DNA of 63,996 nucleotides, counting the filler, from Candidatus Hydrogenedentota bacterium (lineage in GTDB: Bacteria > JBFMHD01): NCBI GenBank assembly GCA_040752395.1. It is 12 parts of 12 records of this genome, joined end to end, with 100 filler letters (N's around TTAATTAATTAA, not from the genome) between each part and the next. Parts side by side here need not be neighbours in the genome. Positions count along the whole stretch, not along the records: positions 62,168 to 63,996 come from JBFMHD010000329.1; 11 more parts are not named here. The stretch is one strand, 5' to 3'. The translations under genes were made by a program, and so were the position numbers. Under the pieces are notes generated by a model, which was not told the DNA's origin, did not search any database, and worked only from the letters and a program-made list of their open reading frames with translations. Of the stretch, positions 62,201 through 63,996 are shown one piece after another (the first letter of the stretch is position 1; each line of letters opens with the position of its first letter).

Positions 62201-62515
62201 CTCCTCTGAAAAACATTCTAACTCTAATAATATCAAGTAGAAGCAAGAGGCAAGAAGCAAGAAGCAAGATAACGGAAGAAGTGAGAGGTATCACGACGGG
62301 GTACAGGCTACAGGCTACGGACTACAGCCGGCTGAAGCCAAAAGCCAAAAGCCTGCTGAAAAGTCTTGAGTCTTGAGTCTCGAGTCCTGTTTTGACTCAC
62401 GACTCTCGACTCCCGACCCCTAACCCCTAACCGCCGCCCCCTAATATACCCCATCCCCTATGACCCATCCCCTAATATCCTTTGTGCCTTCTCCTCCTGT
62501 CTTCTGTCTTCTAAT
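62201..62515 (-). repeat. Composite repeat, long SD-ending copy
   Basis: SD, AAGCAAG, GGCTAC, GAGTCTT/GACTC and CCCCTAA modules. Confidence 0.92.
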
Positions 62516-62599
62516 AGGGATAAAAATATTATAGAATTTATACGTTATGTCAATCTATATAAATTTTTCTTTGTAATGCCTCAGTTATAGGTGGAATGA

Positions 62600-62743
62600 A
62601 GAAGCAGGAGACAGATAACGGAAAAGAAAGGTTAAGGTTTAGGTTGAGGAGCGGAAAGAAAGATAACGAAAGAGGCAATAAGCAAGGTAATGGAAGACTG
62701 TTGTATGACCGGAAAAACTTTGTGCCTTTGTGCCTTTGTGCCT
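62600..62743. repeat. Composite repeat copy
   Basis: GATAACGGAAAAGAAAG, AGGTTA/AGGTTG tandem, CTTTGTGC tandem. Confidence 0.75.
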
Positions 62744-63497
62744 CAAAACGTAGATGGTCTAACATTAACAAACTCCACCGAAAACTGAGGGAATACTTTT
62801 CTTTTTATATATTTTTTTGTTTTGTCGTAATTTAATGGGTCGTAATTCAAGAGTGCAAGTATAGCATACTCTGCTCCTACTGTACTTAAGTTGCCAGATT
62901 TAGGAGTATTATATTCGTGACCTATCGGAACATCAGGTTTTGTAGCATAGGGATTTGTTTCAAGATAAAGCATATTTAATAATGCCCAGGCATCTATATT
63001 ATGTTCTGTTGAATAAATCTCAGTAAAACTCGGATTGTTTTCGTCCCAGTTAACCCTCTGGTCTTTCTTATTCTTTTTATCACCAGGTGTCCCAATTGGT
63101 ATGGCACCGATTCGATAACTCCTCCCAACCGCCTTATGCATTCATTGTTAATGTAGAAATCAATGATTGCTCTTACTCTTTTAATATCACCTGTAGCCAG
63201 ACAAGCCAGACTCACTAAAGAAGCATCATAAGTTATAGTCCATCCCCTAAACCGTGAATCGCCGATATGACTGTACGGTAACTGATATTTTGAATCAGAG
63301 TTATGAATTATCCAATTGTAAAATCTAATAGCATATTCTTTAGAATTGTTATCTGATGCTTTCTGCGATAACTTAAAATAAACTAAAACGAATATGCTTG
63401 CGGAGAATAAAGCCATCACAAATAACAATCTGTAAAATTTTTTATTCAAATGTAGCATCCACTTTATTACATCAAATTTTTCTTGTAAGTTCCCCAA
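62743..63497 (-). pseudogene. Fragmented exported glycosidase-like gene
   Basis: Signal/TM plus ITYDASL in one frame, STEHNIDAWA and a C-terminal tail in another; appears deleted and frameshifted. Confidence 0.5.
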
Positions 63498-63873
63498 TAT
63501 TTTTTATATAAATAGAAAGCCTTTCTTAATTGTCGTTCAAACGGGCTATGTTTGCCAGTACCCTGAGATACTATTCCAAACCATTCTTCATGTCCTCTGC
63601 CGTCAAAAAAAGGAGCAGCCCAGGTGCTTTCAGTCTCATGCCTTAATCCTCTCAAATCAGGACTCGATGTGTTTTTCCACCATTCATCAAGATATTCAAA
63701 TATACAACCTCCTATACTATTCCCCACCCTATTTCCGGCAGCTTGATTTAACACAATGTCTCTCAAAGCATTAAGGTGATATTCAGCTTGAGCTGTTTCA
63801 TTTGGTCCTTTATTTTCATAATAGGCATCACAACCATATTCTGTTATCATTACGGGTCTATCAAAATTTGGAG
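63467..63873 (-). pseudogene. C-terminal remnant of a GH2-like hydrolase related to 313-2202
   Basis: DRPVMITEYG, DEWWK, HEEWFGI, R.LRKAFY; the 5' part is missing although the contig continues. Confidence 0.65.
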
Positions 63874-63996
63874 CTGATAGAAAAATTGTGTTTATTATAA
63901 AAGGTGAAAAAGATATATTATATTTTACAAAATTTTACAAAAAATTTGAGGAGGTAGGAAAACCATGTCAAGAAAACCTAAAGACTGGGGAAGAGA

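Noticed and set aside
4145-62743. Repeats as a CRISPR array
   Set aside because: No constant repeat with unique, regularly sized spacers and no cas genes; the copies are dispersed and built from tandem heptamers.
63876-63996. Possible IS left end and ORF start (MSRKPKDWGR) truncating the GH2-like gene
   Set aside because: Only about 10 codons are visible; cannot be assigned.

Overview
AT-rich draft bacterial genome (diderm, since TonB/ExbBD are present). The window is 12 contigs joined by artificial 100-nt linkers (N-run + TTAATTAATTAA + N-run), so synteny only holds within a contig. Coding content: housekeeping genes (ribD end, argC, aroB, gpsA end, IHF/HU, infC-rpmI-rplT-pheS-pheT, parA-parB with a perfect parS, thpR), secreted glycan-active proteins (GH2-like, multidomain GH13, FN3/CBM repeat protein), two MNT-HEPN pairs, pilin/Tad genes, surface-polysaccharide genes, a 14.5-kb TonB/ABC/CobN/ChlID tetrapyrrole-uptake operon, a Nudix-histidine kinase fusion and several internally deleted pseudogenes. 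The most striking signal is non-coding. (1) A high-copy, modular, hairpin-rich repeat built from 7-8-nt tandem units has about 16 copies here, and in 7 copies its conserved end is the Shine-Dalgarno of the downstream gene. (2) A second heptamer family (TAGTCCA...TGGACTA) brackets a four-helix-bundle gene and also occurs as empty hairpins and in-frame insertions inside proteins of the same operon. All calls are by eye from motifs; no database searches were run.
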